In this document: one piece after another, positions 24,895-36,329 of the stretch
How positions within the stretch are numbered: the first letter of the stretch is position 1
Layout: every line of letters begins with the position of its first letter
Origin: Eledone cirrhosa
Taxonomy: Eukaryota
DNA: 64,000 bases
Assembly: GCA_964016885.1 (NCBI GenBank)
Contig: OZ024762.1
Location: 7,192,001 to 7,256,000, forward strand
Direction of reading: 5' to 3'
Position numbers and translations under genes: made by a program
Notes under the pieces: model-generated
What the model was told of the DNA's origin: nothing
Databases searched by the model: none
The model's input: the letters and a program-made list of their open reading frames with translations, nothing else

Positions 24895-25600
24895 ACAACC
24901 AACACCCACTGCCTCCACCACCACCCACAACCAACACCCACCGCCTCCACCATCACCCACCCACCACCACCACCACCCACCGCCTCCACCACCACCCACA
25001 ACCAACACCCACCACCTCCACCATCACCCACCCACCACCACCACCACCACCCACCGCCTCCACCACCACCCACAACCAACACCCACTGCCTCCACCACCA
25101 CCCACATCCAACACCCACCACCTCCACCATCACCCACCCACCACCACCACCACCACTACCATCACCTCCAACCAACCACCCACAACCAACACCCACCGCC
25201 TCCACCACCACCCACAACCAACACCCACCACCTCCACCATCACCCACCCACCACCACCACCACTACCATCACCTCCAACCAACCACCCACAACCAACACC
25301 CACCGCCTCCACCACCACCCACATCCAACACCCACCACTATCACCCACCACTTCCTCCACCACCACCCACAACCAGCACCCACCACCTCCACCACCACCC
25401 ACAACCAACACCCACCACCCTCCACCAACACCCACCACTATCACCCACCACTTCCTCCACCACCCACCACCCACAACCAACTGCCCACCACTACCATCAC
25501 CTCCAACCAACCACCCACAACCAACACCCACCACCCTCCACCAACACCCACCACTATCACCCACCACCCACCACCCACAACCAACTGCCCACCACCTCCA
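24895..25600. repeat. (CAC/CCA)-rich degenerate repeat
   Basis: Direct inspection. Confidence 0.9.
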
Positions 25601-25723
25601 CCATTGTTGCTGGCTTGTGTGTTCATTACTTAAGACACAGTTCATCAATTGAGACATTTGTTCATGATGAAAAGCATTCGTAAGCAAAGTTCCACTGTAT
25701 TTGTATTTCGTCTAAGATGAATG

Positions 25724-26620
25724 AGCCTCTGCCCTTCTAAAATCCCGGAGAGCTCAATTTGCTGGCCACTGTCACCGTGCCAGCAATGAAATCATATCTC
25801 CTCTCTTGTTCTGGAACCCTGACTCTGAGAGGAGATTGGATGGCACATATACCCGCCTCTTAATGAGAGTGCAAAACCTATCCTGGAAACGACATCCCAC
25901 CTTGTCTAAAATCTATGGCAAACTCCCTCGAGCCTCTGCCCTTCTAAAATCCCGGAGAGCTCAATTTGCTGGCCACTGTCACCGTGCCAGCAATGAAATC
26001 ATATCTCCTCTCTTGTTCTGGAACCCTGACTCTGAGAGGAGATTGGATGGCACATATACCCGCCTCTTAATGAGAGTGCAAAACCTATCCTGGAAACGAC
26101 ATCCCACCTTGTCTAAAATCTATGGCAAACTCCCTCGAGCCTCTGCCCTTCTAAAATCCCGGAGAGCTCAATTTGCTGGCCACTGTCACCGTGCCAGCAA
26201 TGAAATCATATCTCCTCTCTTGTTCTGGAACCCTGACTCTGAGAGGAGATTGGATGGCACATATACCCGCCTCTTAATGAGAGTGCAAAACCTATCCTGG
26301 AAACGACATCCCACCTTGTCTAAAATCTATGGCAAACTCCCTCGAGCCTCTGCCCTTCTAAAATCCCGGAGAGCTCAATTTGCTGGCCACTGTCACCGTG
26401 CCAGCAATGAAATCATATCCGCTCTCTTGCTCTGGAACCCTGACTCCAGCCTGACTAGGAGTAGGAAGCTGTCATTCCCTGACGTTATCTCTAGGGATAC
26501 GGGAATCAGTAGACAGGACCTGGGGGCAGCGATGGGGGACGGGGAATTCTGGGGCATGAGAGTGAGATCCATCATCTCGACAGTAGTCGACGAATGATGA
26601 TGATGATGATGATGATGATT
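25724..26620 (+). mobile_element. RTE-like LINE 3' end with internal 207-bp tandem amplification and (TGA)n tail
   Basis: LDGTYTRLLMRVQNLSWKRHPT...FAGHCHRA repeated 3x in frame; stop at 26595-26597 followed by (tga)n. Confidence 0.9.
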
Positions 26621-26651
26621 ACTAATGATCTGTTTGTTTGTTTTTTTGTAG

Positions 26652-26869
26652 ATCTAACTTGCCTGAAATCATTACCAAAAGAAAACAACATCAGTGTCAT
26701 TTTTCGCACCAACACCAGCATCATGTTACGCTTGCCTGATATAAAGAGACATTCAGATTGTGAAGATGTTTCTCGCCCTACCACCAACTATACAGTCCAC
26801 TACACTGAATGGACAGATGACATGGCCGACGTCTCCTGCAAAATGAAGAATATTCACTGCCAAACAGCT
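26652..26869 (+). CDS. ROS1: ROS1-like exon 15 (FN3)
   Basis: tgtag acceptor, gtagct donor (weak, chosen by phase); LTCLKSLP...RTNTSIMLRLP...CEDVSRPTTNYTVHY, cf. ROS1 TNTSLTIRLP...ITSPTPTYLVYY. Confidence 0.85.
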
Positions 26870-26921
26870 GTAGCTATTCTTTAGTACCCTTTCTTCTTCA
26901 CTGTTGTTTATACTAATGTTG

Positions 26922-26967
<46 letters not shown>

Positions 26968-27399
26968 GAGGGTGGTGGATTGGCAGTATCGGTAGAGAGT
27001 CGGACGCCATGCTTTGAAGCATAGAGTTACCTCCCTTTATGATCTGAGTTCAAATCCCGCCGAGGTTGACTTTGCCTTTCATCCTTACGGGGGTCGATAA
27101 AATAAAGTACCAATCACGCGCTGGGGTCGATTTAATCGACTTTCCCCTCCCCTCAAATTACTGGCCTTGTGCCTATATAAGAAACCATTATTATTATTAT
27201 TCGGTGTATTGGCAGTATCGGTAGAGGGTCAGACGCCGTGCTTTGCAGCAAAGAGTTACGGCCCTTTATGGTCTGAGTTCAAATCCCGCCGAGGTTAACT
27301 TTGCCTTTCATCCCTACGGGGTCGATAAAATAAAGTACCAGTAATACACTGGGATAATTTCTGGCCTTGTGCCAAAAGTAGAAACAATTATTATTATTA

Positions 27400-27560
27400 T
27401 TATTATTATTGTTCTTTGAGTCTCAGTCATTGATGTTATTTAACTGGAAAGTTTGTTGAAATGAATATCAAGCCACTACCTGCAGCCTCAGATATTCAGG
27501 ACGTATCGGAGGGTTCTTGCTGTTCCCAGCAAGCATGCCTTTTAAAGTGTTCCAAAAAGC
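27400..27560 (-). mobile_element. R4/Dong-like LINE 3' end
   Basis: Minus strand encodes KACLLGTARTLRYVLNI-stop and runs into (TAA)n. Confidence 0.6.
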
Positions 27561-27619
27561 GGGGCTGGACTAATCTTCTTTAACCATTATGTGTCTGTAA
27601 ATTAAAGGTGGAAAACTGG

Positions 27620-27850
27620 GAGAGGGCACTTGCCCTGGTGGTCAGGGCCACTGTGGTCTTTTAATGGGCTTTCTCCACAAATGTCCCTCGGAAGTCTCCC
27701 CCCTATTGGGGAATTTTTCTTTGTTATTTTATTTTATCCTCTGTTTTTTTTACACGCAGAAATGCCCATTTGTACCGTCCTGTATTGTCCTGTACTGTCC
27801 TTAATGTCTACTTTATGTAAACCCTTGTGGTTAATAAAGAAAACATTATT
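27620..27850 (+). mobile_element. LINE-like 3'UTR family ending cccttgtggttaataaagaaa(ATT)n
   Basis: Related copies at 30800-31040 and 61690-61745. Confidence 0.6.
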
Positions 27851-27858
27851 ATTATTGG

Positions 27859-27891
<33 letters not shown>

Positions 27892-27991
27892 TGTTAGAGC
27901 ATTGGATTAAATACCTTGCAGTATTTTTTTCTAGTTCTCTCTGTGTCCTGAGTTCAAATCCCACCAAGGTGAATTATATTTATTTTTCCAG

Positions 27992-28133
27992 GAAAGTTAC
28001 CAAAAGAGAATGGCCATCCATATGTTGAAACCTTTTACTAAATATTTGTTTCAAGTTGCCGTAAGCAACATATTTACTGACTATCTGGCTGACATTCTTA
28101 GTCAGCCTCTCATTACTCAAACTCTGGCTGGAG
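27992..28133 (+). CDS. ROS1: ROS1-like exon 16
   Basis: ttccag/gtaagt; ESYQKRMAIHMLKPFTKYLFQVAVSNIFTD, cf. ROS1 LQPFSTYMIQIAVKNYY. Confidence 0.9.
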
Positions 28134-29352
28134 GTAAGTCCATTGCTAATTTACTCATCATCATCATCATCATTTAACATCTACTGTTCCATGCTCACTT
28201 GAGTTGAACAGGTCTTTTTCAGCACATCCTCTCTCTACTAATCGCTTTCTTTCACTATCTCCTCTCTGGCTTCCCTCCACTGGGATGTTTGGCACTTTAT
28301 GTTGATTAGTTGGCTACCTTGGCTTATAAATGCAGTTTGGATTTTTGTCCATTTCTCAGATAGGGGGAGGGGGATTATAGTCAAGTATATATTGTAATCT
28401 CTGGAAAGCAGGATCAAACCTTTAGCCTCTCTTTCAGCTGCTTACTGTCATAGTTAAAGTTGATTGGAAGGATGGAAGATTAGCAGAGCTGTTAAAGCAG
28501 CAGACAAATTCTGCAGTATTGGTCCCATAACTCCTGATGGAGTTGTAGAGGTGCCATATTGACTTACAGCATTTCTTGGGAATTTTAAGCCTGGCAGAGC
28601 CCATCACTCTCCAGGTCTGAACACAGCAGATTTCTGTCATAGAAGGATAGAGAGTGAGAAAGAGGAAGTGCGGAAGAGATTTAGAGAAAGAATAAACTCC
28701 AGTACTAGACTGGTACTTTTTTTATTGACCTCGAAAGGATGAAAGGCAAAGTTGACCTCGGCAGGATTTCACCTCAAAGAGCAGAGAGCTGGAATGAATA
28801 CCACAAAGCATTCTATCTGACGTTCTAATGATCCTGCCAGCAGGTCCTGTCAAAAGCAACCATTTCTAGTTGATCTGTCTGGATCTCCAAGCAAGACCAG
28901 CCAAGTTCATGGATGTTATCCAACCATCTTGCTTGGGCTCTACCCCTGAGTCTCCCATTGACTGGTTTTGTCCATAAAATCTGTCCACTGGTTCTTTCCT
29001 TAGACATTCTAAGCAAATGTCTGTCGTATTGGAGCTGCAATCACTCAATTCAAAGAGGCAGCCTTATCCCACACTCATGTAAATTTTTTGTATCCTATAT
29101 AATTATTGTATCAGATAACCTTTGTATAACTTTTGTATCATGTAGGACATCTAGCAGATGACATCATCAGATAACTTTTTTATCATATAGGACATCTAGC
29201 AGATGACAGCATCAGATAACTTTTTTATCATATAGGACATCTAGCAGATGACAGCATTAGATAACTTTTGTATGATATTGGATGTTTATCAGATGAAACA
29301 TTAAATAATTTCTGTATCATATAATGTGTCTAGCAAATAACACTATGAGGTA

Positions 29353-29541
29353 GAGTGGAACCTCACTTCACAAACACCTTTCATCATGAGCAAATTGGTT
29401 CAAGAATGATTTCTCGAGTAACAAACACACAAGCTGGCAACAACGGTTGGTGACAAGCTGGGAGTATGGGTGAGAAAGTGTCAGTTGCTGTGTAGTTAGT
29501 TACTATGGTGATATCTATCTGTCTTTCACACACAATCTCTC

Positions 29542-29598
<57 letters not shown>

Positions 29599-29697
29599 GT
29601 ATTTCTTTTTCAACATTTTGTATGGGGAAAATAGTTTTGGTTTTTACGAACATTTTGGTTGAGGAACAAATTAAGGTCATGAAATGAGGTTCCAATG
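29353..29697. mobile_element. Tigger/pogo-type MITE (diverged copy)
   Basis: TIR-like gagtggaacctc...gaggttccaatg, flanking TA; internal sequence shared with 47175-47479. Confidence 0.75.
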
Positions 29698-29736
29698 TAC
29701 TTTATTAGATCCTAGTTCTCTCTCTCTCTCTTTTAG

Positions 29737-29993
29737 TTCCTTCTCCAGTCCGGAATCTTGATGCCTCTACTTTAACTTATGAAGACATCATAATAAGCTG
29801 GAGTCCCCCTCGTCAGCCTAATGGTAATGAGTCTTATTTAGTATATATGGTTACATTCACAACAACTCTGTCCAGTGGTGAGATACTCCCAAACACAATC
29901 AATTTGCTTCATCATAAAAAATATCAGCACAAATCAAATTCCCTGATACATATTCTATCAAAATTGCGGCCAGAACATGAATACAAGATCCAG
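29737..29993 (+). CDS. ROS1: ROS1-like exon 17 (FN3)
   Basis: ttttag/gtaaaa; PSPVRNLDASTLTYEDIIISWSPPRQPNG...LRPEHEYKIQ. Confidence 0.92.
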
Positions 29994-30119
29994 GTAAAAA
30001 GGGATTTTGTTTTTTCTTCTTTTGTTTTGTTTTCATTTGATTTTTAGTGTTATTATAATTTAGATAGGAAACCAATATTTATTTCCATTGAATACATATA
30101 AATAAATACTATATATATG

Positions 30120-30440
30120 GGAGGCACATGGCTTAGTGGTTAGAGCATTGGCCTTGCAATCGAAAGGTTGTGAGTTCAATTCTCAGACCGGGTGATGTGT
30201 TGTTTCCTTGAGCAAGACACTTTATTTCACATTGCTCCAGTTTACTCAGCTGTAGAAATGAGATGATAGGGACTGGGGTCCATATCATTCCACTGCAAAA
30301 AAAGCACCCAACACTCACTGTAAATGAGGTTGGTGTTAGGAAGGGCATCCAGCTGTAGAAATCAAACCAGAATCAGTTCCCGTCCCACCCTTGCAAGCAG
30401 GAAAAAGTGGACGTAAAATGAAATGGTGATGATGATGATG
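30120..30440 (+). mobile_element. tRNA-derived SINE family B, near full length
   Basis: A-box tggcttagtgg, B-box gagttcaattc, ccttgagcaagacactttatttcac domain, RTE-like tail and (GAT)n. Confidence 0.9.
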
Positions 30441-31289
30441 ATAATATAATGAGTCGGCACTCGATAGCTGAGCTCTTGCCATTTCAACAGCTAGTTCTAG
30501 CCTGGAACTAGCTGTTGAAATAGCATGAGCTCAACTGCCTGGCCCCGATTCTTTATATATATAGCTATACTCTACTATCCCAAGTATCAAGTGTTTTGTT
30601 AAGTAATAGTCTAACTAGTTTAAAACTAGTTCTATCCTGATATATATATATCATCATCATCATCATCATCAATATTTTATGCCCGCTTTTGCCTGCTTGC
30701 AAGGGTGGGACGGGTCTTCTTCAACACAGCATCTCTCCATTCGTTATATATATATTCAAAAGACAAACAGAAATAACAAAGCAATGACACAGTACTCAGA
30801 GAGGGCACTTACCCTGGTGGTCAGGGTGGCCGTGGTCTTTTGTGTGGTTTTCACCACGAGTGACCCTGGGAGGCTTCCCCCTTGTTGGAGAATTTTTTGT
30901 TGTTTGAATTTTAATTTATTTTACACGTTTCTGTCTTTTATAACCTTTTTACACGGCCAAAACCCACTTTGTATTGTCCTGTGCCGGCTGTAATGTTTTT
31001 CTTCATGTTAGCCCTTGTGGCCAATAAAGAAAGCATTATTATTATTATTATTATTATTAAGGGCGGTGGCTTGGCAGTATCGGTAGAGGGTCAGATGCCA
31101 TGCTTTGGCGCATAGAGTTACGGCCCTTGCCATTCTGAGTTCAAATCCTGCCGAGGTTAACTTTGCCTTTCATCCTTACGGGGTCGATAAAATAAAGTAC
31201 CAGTAATACACTGGGTAATTGCTGGCCTTGTGCCAAAAGTAGAAACAATTATTATTAACAGCATGTATTGAGTGCATTTAATGTTTAAC

Positions 31290-32430
31290 GTGTAGGTCAC
31301 CAACACTAGGAGGGTGTCATGTGTACTGAGTGGTTTAATGTGTAGGTCACCAACACTAGGAGGGTGTCATGTGTACTGAGTGGTTTAATGTGTAGGTCAC
31401 CAAGACTAGGAGGGTGTCATGTGTACTGAGTGGTTTAATGTGTAGGTCACCAACACTAGGAGGGTGTCATGTGTACTGAGTGGTTTAATGTGTAGGTCAC
31501 CAACACTAGGAGGGTGTCATGTGTACTGAGTGGTTTAATGTGTAGGTCACCAACACTAGGAGGGTGTCATGTGTACTGAGTGGTTTAATGTGTAGGTCAC
31601 CAACACTAGGGGGGTGTCATGTGTACTGAGGAGTGGTTTAATGTGTAGATCACCAACACTAGGGGGGTGTCATGTGTACTGAGGAGTGGTTTAATGTGTA
31701 GATCACCAACACTAGGGGGGTGTCTTGTGTTCTGAGTGGTTTAATGTGTAGGTCACCAACACTAGGAGGGTGTCATGTGTTCTGAGTGGTTTAATGTGTA
31801 GATGTGTAGATCACCAACACTAGGGGGGTGTCATGTGTACTGAGTGGTTTAATGTGTAGGTCACCAACACTAGGAGGGTGTCATGTGTACTGAGTGGTTT
31901 AATGTGTAGATCACCAACACTAGGAGTGTGTCATGTGTACTGAGTGGTTTAATGTGTAGATCACCAACACTAGGAGGGTGTCATGTGTACTGAGTGGTTT
32001 AATGTGTAGATCACCAACACTAGGGGGGTGTCATGTGTACTGAGTGGTTTAATGTGTAGGTCACCAACACTAGGAGGGTGTCATGTGTACTGAGTGGTTT
32101 AATGTGTAGATCACCAACACTAGGAGTGTGTCATGTGTACTGAGTGGTTTAATGTGTAGATCACCAACACTAGGAGGGTGTCATGTGTACTGAGTGGTTT
32201 AATGTGTAGATCACCAACACTAGGGGGGTGTCATGTGTACTGAGTGGTTTAATGTGTAGGTCACCAACACTAGGAGGGTGTCATGTGTACTGAGTGGTTT
32301 AATGTGTAGATCACCAACACTAGGAGTGTGTCATGTGTACTGAGTGGTTTAATGTGTAGATCACCAACACTAGGAGGGTGTCATGTGTACTGAGTGGTTT
32401 AATGTGTAGATCACCAACACTAAGGAGGGT
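31290..32430. repeat. Minisatellite, 50-bp unit, ~23 copies
   Basis: tgtaggtcaccaacactaggagggtgtcatgtgtactgagtggtttaatg. Confidence 0.95.
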
Positions 32431-32528
32431 GTCTTGTCATCGACATGATTGAAGGGGTTGAAGATATAAAAGAAAAGATTATTTCCTTATCTGTTTGACT
32501 TTTGTTGACATTTCACCTCTGACCTTAG

Positions 32529-32702
32529 GTGAAAGCATGTGAAAGTACAATGAAATGGTGCAGCAACAGTTTAGAAACGACAAAGAAAACGGCAAAACAT
32601 TTGAACCCTGTGGAGTTCCTCAACGCCACTGCCACATCTATCAGTGTCTCCTGGACGACACCAGCCGATACGCGGATACACGCCATTGTATTTGCAAAAA
32701 AG
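32529..32702 (+). CDS. ROS1: ROS1-like exon 18
   Basis: ccttag/gtaatt; VKACESTMKWCSNS...NATATSISVSWTTP, cf. ROS1 VLACHSEEMWCTES. Confidence 0.88.
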
Positions 32703-32732
32703 GTAATTACAAAATTGATTTATAAAATATTT

Positions 32733-32815
32733 TCATCACCATCATCAATACCATCATCATCATCATCATCATTATCATCGGCACAATCATCATCATCAAC
32801 ATCACCACCACCATC

Positions 32816-32846
<31 letters not shown>

Positions 32847-32889
32847 CCACCACAGCAATCATCATCAATACCATCATCATTATCATCAA

Positions 32890-32942
<53 letters not shown>

Positions 32943-33007
32943 CCACAGCAATCATCATCATCATCATCATCATTATCATCGGCACAATCATCACCATCAA
33001 CATCACC

Positions 33008-33041
<34 letters not shown>

Positions 33042-33574
33042 TCATCACCATAGCAATCATCATCATCATCATCATCGGCACAATCATCATCATCATCAAC
33101 ATCACCACCACCACCACCATCATCATCATCAACAACATCAACATTATCACCACAGCTACCAACTTTATCATCATCATCATCAACATCAATACAATCATCA
33201 ACACCGCCACCATCATCATCATCATCGCCACCACCACCATCAACCACCATCATCCAACATCATCGCCACAGCTACCAACATTATCATCATCATCATCAAT
33301 ACAATCATCAACACCATCATCATCATCACCATATCACTCCCACTATCATCATCATTGTCAATAGGACATGTGTATGTGGAATGCTCAGCCACTTGCAGTT
33401 CAACAACTGGAGTATTTGTTGTCGGAAGTGACAGATGTGCAGCAGCAGCAGCAACATGTGTGTGTATCAATGTATGTGTATGTGTATGTGTGTGTGTGTG
33501 TATCAATGTGTGTATGTGTATGTGTATGTGTGTGTATCAATGTATGTATGTGTATGTGTATGTGTGTGTATCAA

Positions 33575-33605
<31 letters not shown>

Positions 33606-33930
33606 GTGTATCAATGTATGTATGTGTATGTGTATGTGTATGTGTGTGTATCAATGTATGCATGAGTGTGTATCAATGTATGTCTGTGCGTATCAATGTA
33701 TGTATGTGTATGTGTATGTGTATGTGTGTGTATCAATGTATGTATGTGTATGTGTATGTGTATGTGTGTGTATCAATGTATGTATGTGTATGTGTATGTG
33801 TGTGTATCAATGTATGCATGAGTGTGTATCAATGTATGTCTGTGCGTATCAATGTATGTATGTATGTATGTGTGTGTGTGTGTGTGTATATATATACATG
33901 TGTATGTATGTGTGTGTGTGCGTATGCATG
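32733..33930. repeat. (CAT/CAC)n then (GTAT/GT)n simple repeats
   Basis: Direct inspection. Confidence 0.9.
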
Positions 33931-34077
33931 AATAAGAATTTTGTTTTTTTTTTGTTTTTTTTCATTCTGAGTAATTTTGTGATTTCACCAAGAAATTATT
34001 ATATTTTTGTGTTTTTCTTATTCCCCCCCACCCCCACCATATAATGGACCATCATCACCACGATCTGTGTTCCACAG

Positions 34078-34294
34078 AAATCCACAATAAAAAAATGGAC
34101 TATTCAAACGATGGACTTGGTGTCTGGAATCCAGCCTGAACTCAACCAAACCGACAATTACTACTTCAACAACCTCCAATCAAATACCGTGTATGAATTT
34201 GCTGTACGCGTGACATACATTTACCATAACCTTCATCTCCAGAAACACTGGCCCCGTATTAACTCAAGCCTTGCTTACGCGTTCAAAACACTTA
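34078..34294 (+). CDS. ROS1: ROS1-like exon 19 (FN3)
   Basis: ccacag/gtaagt; ...YYFNNLQSNTVYEFAVRVTY...AFKTL. Confidence 0.88.
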
Positions 34295-36148
34295 GTAAGT
34301 ACAATTCTTTCCATGTTTCTATGCTTATTTGCTTATCTTCTCTACTGCTTTACATGCCTAATGGTTGAAGTGTTGGGTATGATTCTTGGACTCAGCAGCA
34401 TGTTCTGTTCTTGAATATAATGCTTCATTTCACATTGTTTTTCATGACAGGACTGGGGCCCTAGTATTAAAACGTCTGAGAAACCTCCTATGAGATACAA
34501 CTTTGTAAGAGGCCAGTTAAACCTACATATGTATATATGTGACAGGGCTGGAGACCTTATCGTTAAAACAACTGAGAAACCTCCTAATAATTACAACCTC
34601 ATAACAGACCAGATGTGATCTGTAACAACATACATATGTGTATATATGAAAGGGACTGAGGTTCCTATCATGAAAACACCTGAGAAGCCTCATGAGAGGA
34701 AACCACGTAGAAGGCCAGCAAAACCTATATAGTTGTGAGCTGTAGATTTCATTTCATGTACTAATGAGATACTAATGACCATAAAGTTGGTTAACCCTTC
34801 CAATACCATATTTTTAATGAAAAACTGAAATTTTCAAGGAATTAGAGAGACAATAATATAACAAACTTTCTTATTATCGAGTTGTTGTTTGGAACATAAC
34901 TTAACAAAGGCTCTTGTATAAAATTATAATGGAAAGTTTTTATATAAATGTGAACATTTTAACTCTTTTGTTAATATATTTCTAATGAAAGACACTGCCT
35001 ATAGTTTTCAAACTATTTTGAAAATAATCAAGTATTTGAAAGGAATTAGTGATATAACTAATGTTCTTGTTATTATTTTCATGTTTAAAACAGTAAGATG
35101 GCTGAATCATTAGAGTATCAGATTAAAAATACCTCAGTACTTGTTCAGGCTCATTGCACTCTGAGTTCAAATCCTGCTGAGGTCATATTTGGCTTTCCTC
35201 CCATGTGGATAAATAGAATAAAATACCAGTAATGCACTGGGGTTATTTAATTAACGTCCCTGCAAAAAAAAAAAAAAAATTGTTGGCCTGGTACCTTAAT
35301 CAGAAACCATTATTATTATTATTAAGGGCAGTGGATTGGCAGTATTGGTAGAGGGTTGGGCACCATGCTTTGAAGCATAGAGTTACCTCCCTTTATGATC
35401 TGAGTTCAAATCCCGCTGAGGTTAACTTTGCCTTTCATCCTTGTAGGGTCGATAAAATAAAGTACCAGTAATGCACTGGGTAATTGTGGCCTTGCGCCAA
35501 AAGTAGAAACAATTATTATTAAGAGCAGTGGATTGGCAGTATCGGTAGAGAGTTGGGCGCCATGCTTTGAAGCATAGAGTTACCTCCCTTTATGATCTGA
35601 GTTCAAATCCCGCCGAGGTTAACTTTGCCTTTCATCCTTACGGGGTCGATAAAATAAAGTACCAGTAATGTACTGGATAATTTCTGGCCTTGTGCCAAAT
35701 GTAGAAACAATTATTATTATTATGGTGTTTGGAACAATCTTACCAACAGCTCTTACTTCGAATTATCATGGTAGGAATCATCATCATCATCACCATCATT
35801 GTTTAACGTCTATCTTCCAAGCTAGCATGAGTTAGACGGGACTTGTCCCACTTGAGGCAAGATTGATCTGGTGACTGTGTCGTGCTCGTATAGGACTGTA
35901 TCTGACAGGTTTTCTACAGCTGGATGCTCTTCCTAACACCAACCACATTTACAGTGTGGATTGGCAGCCTTTTTACTGTGTTTCCTACACGACCACTTTA
36001 CAGTGTGGACTGGGTGCATTTTGTCATGACACCTACACAACCACTTTAGTGTGGGCTGGATGTTCTGGTACCAACATAACTTTACAGAGAAATTATTCCA
36101 GCGATGACTGATCCCTAATGTTTCCTCTTTTGTTTCCTTTCTTTCCAG

Positions 36149-36272
36149 TGGAACTCCCATATCCACCACTGACACCCTTCATACACAAACTAAACTTCGG
36201 AGTCCAGGAAGTTACATGGAAGAAACCAGAAGAAGAGACAGTTACACCGACTATCTACGAACTTCAGTACAA
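36149..36272 (+). CDS. ROS1: ROS1-like exon 20 (FN3)
   Basis: ttccag/gtaagt; ELPYPPLTPFIHKLNFGVQEVTWKKPEEETVTPTIYELQY. Confidence 0.88.
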
Positions 36273-36329
36273 GTAAGTACGACGACTTTGTGATATCTAC
36301 AGTTAAGGGAACAACATGGGATTGTATCA

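Noticed and set aside
24772-25683. Pro/His/Thr-rich extensin-like ORFs
   Set aside because: CAC-rich simple repeat that is open in multiple frames.
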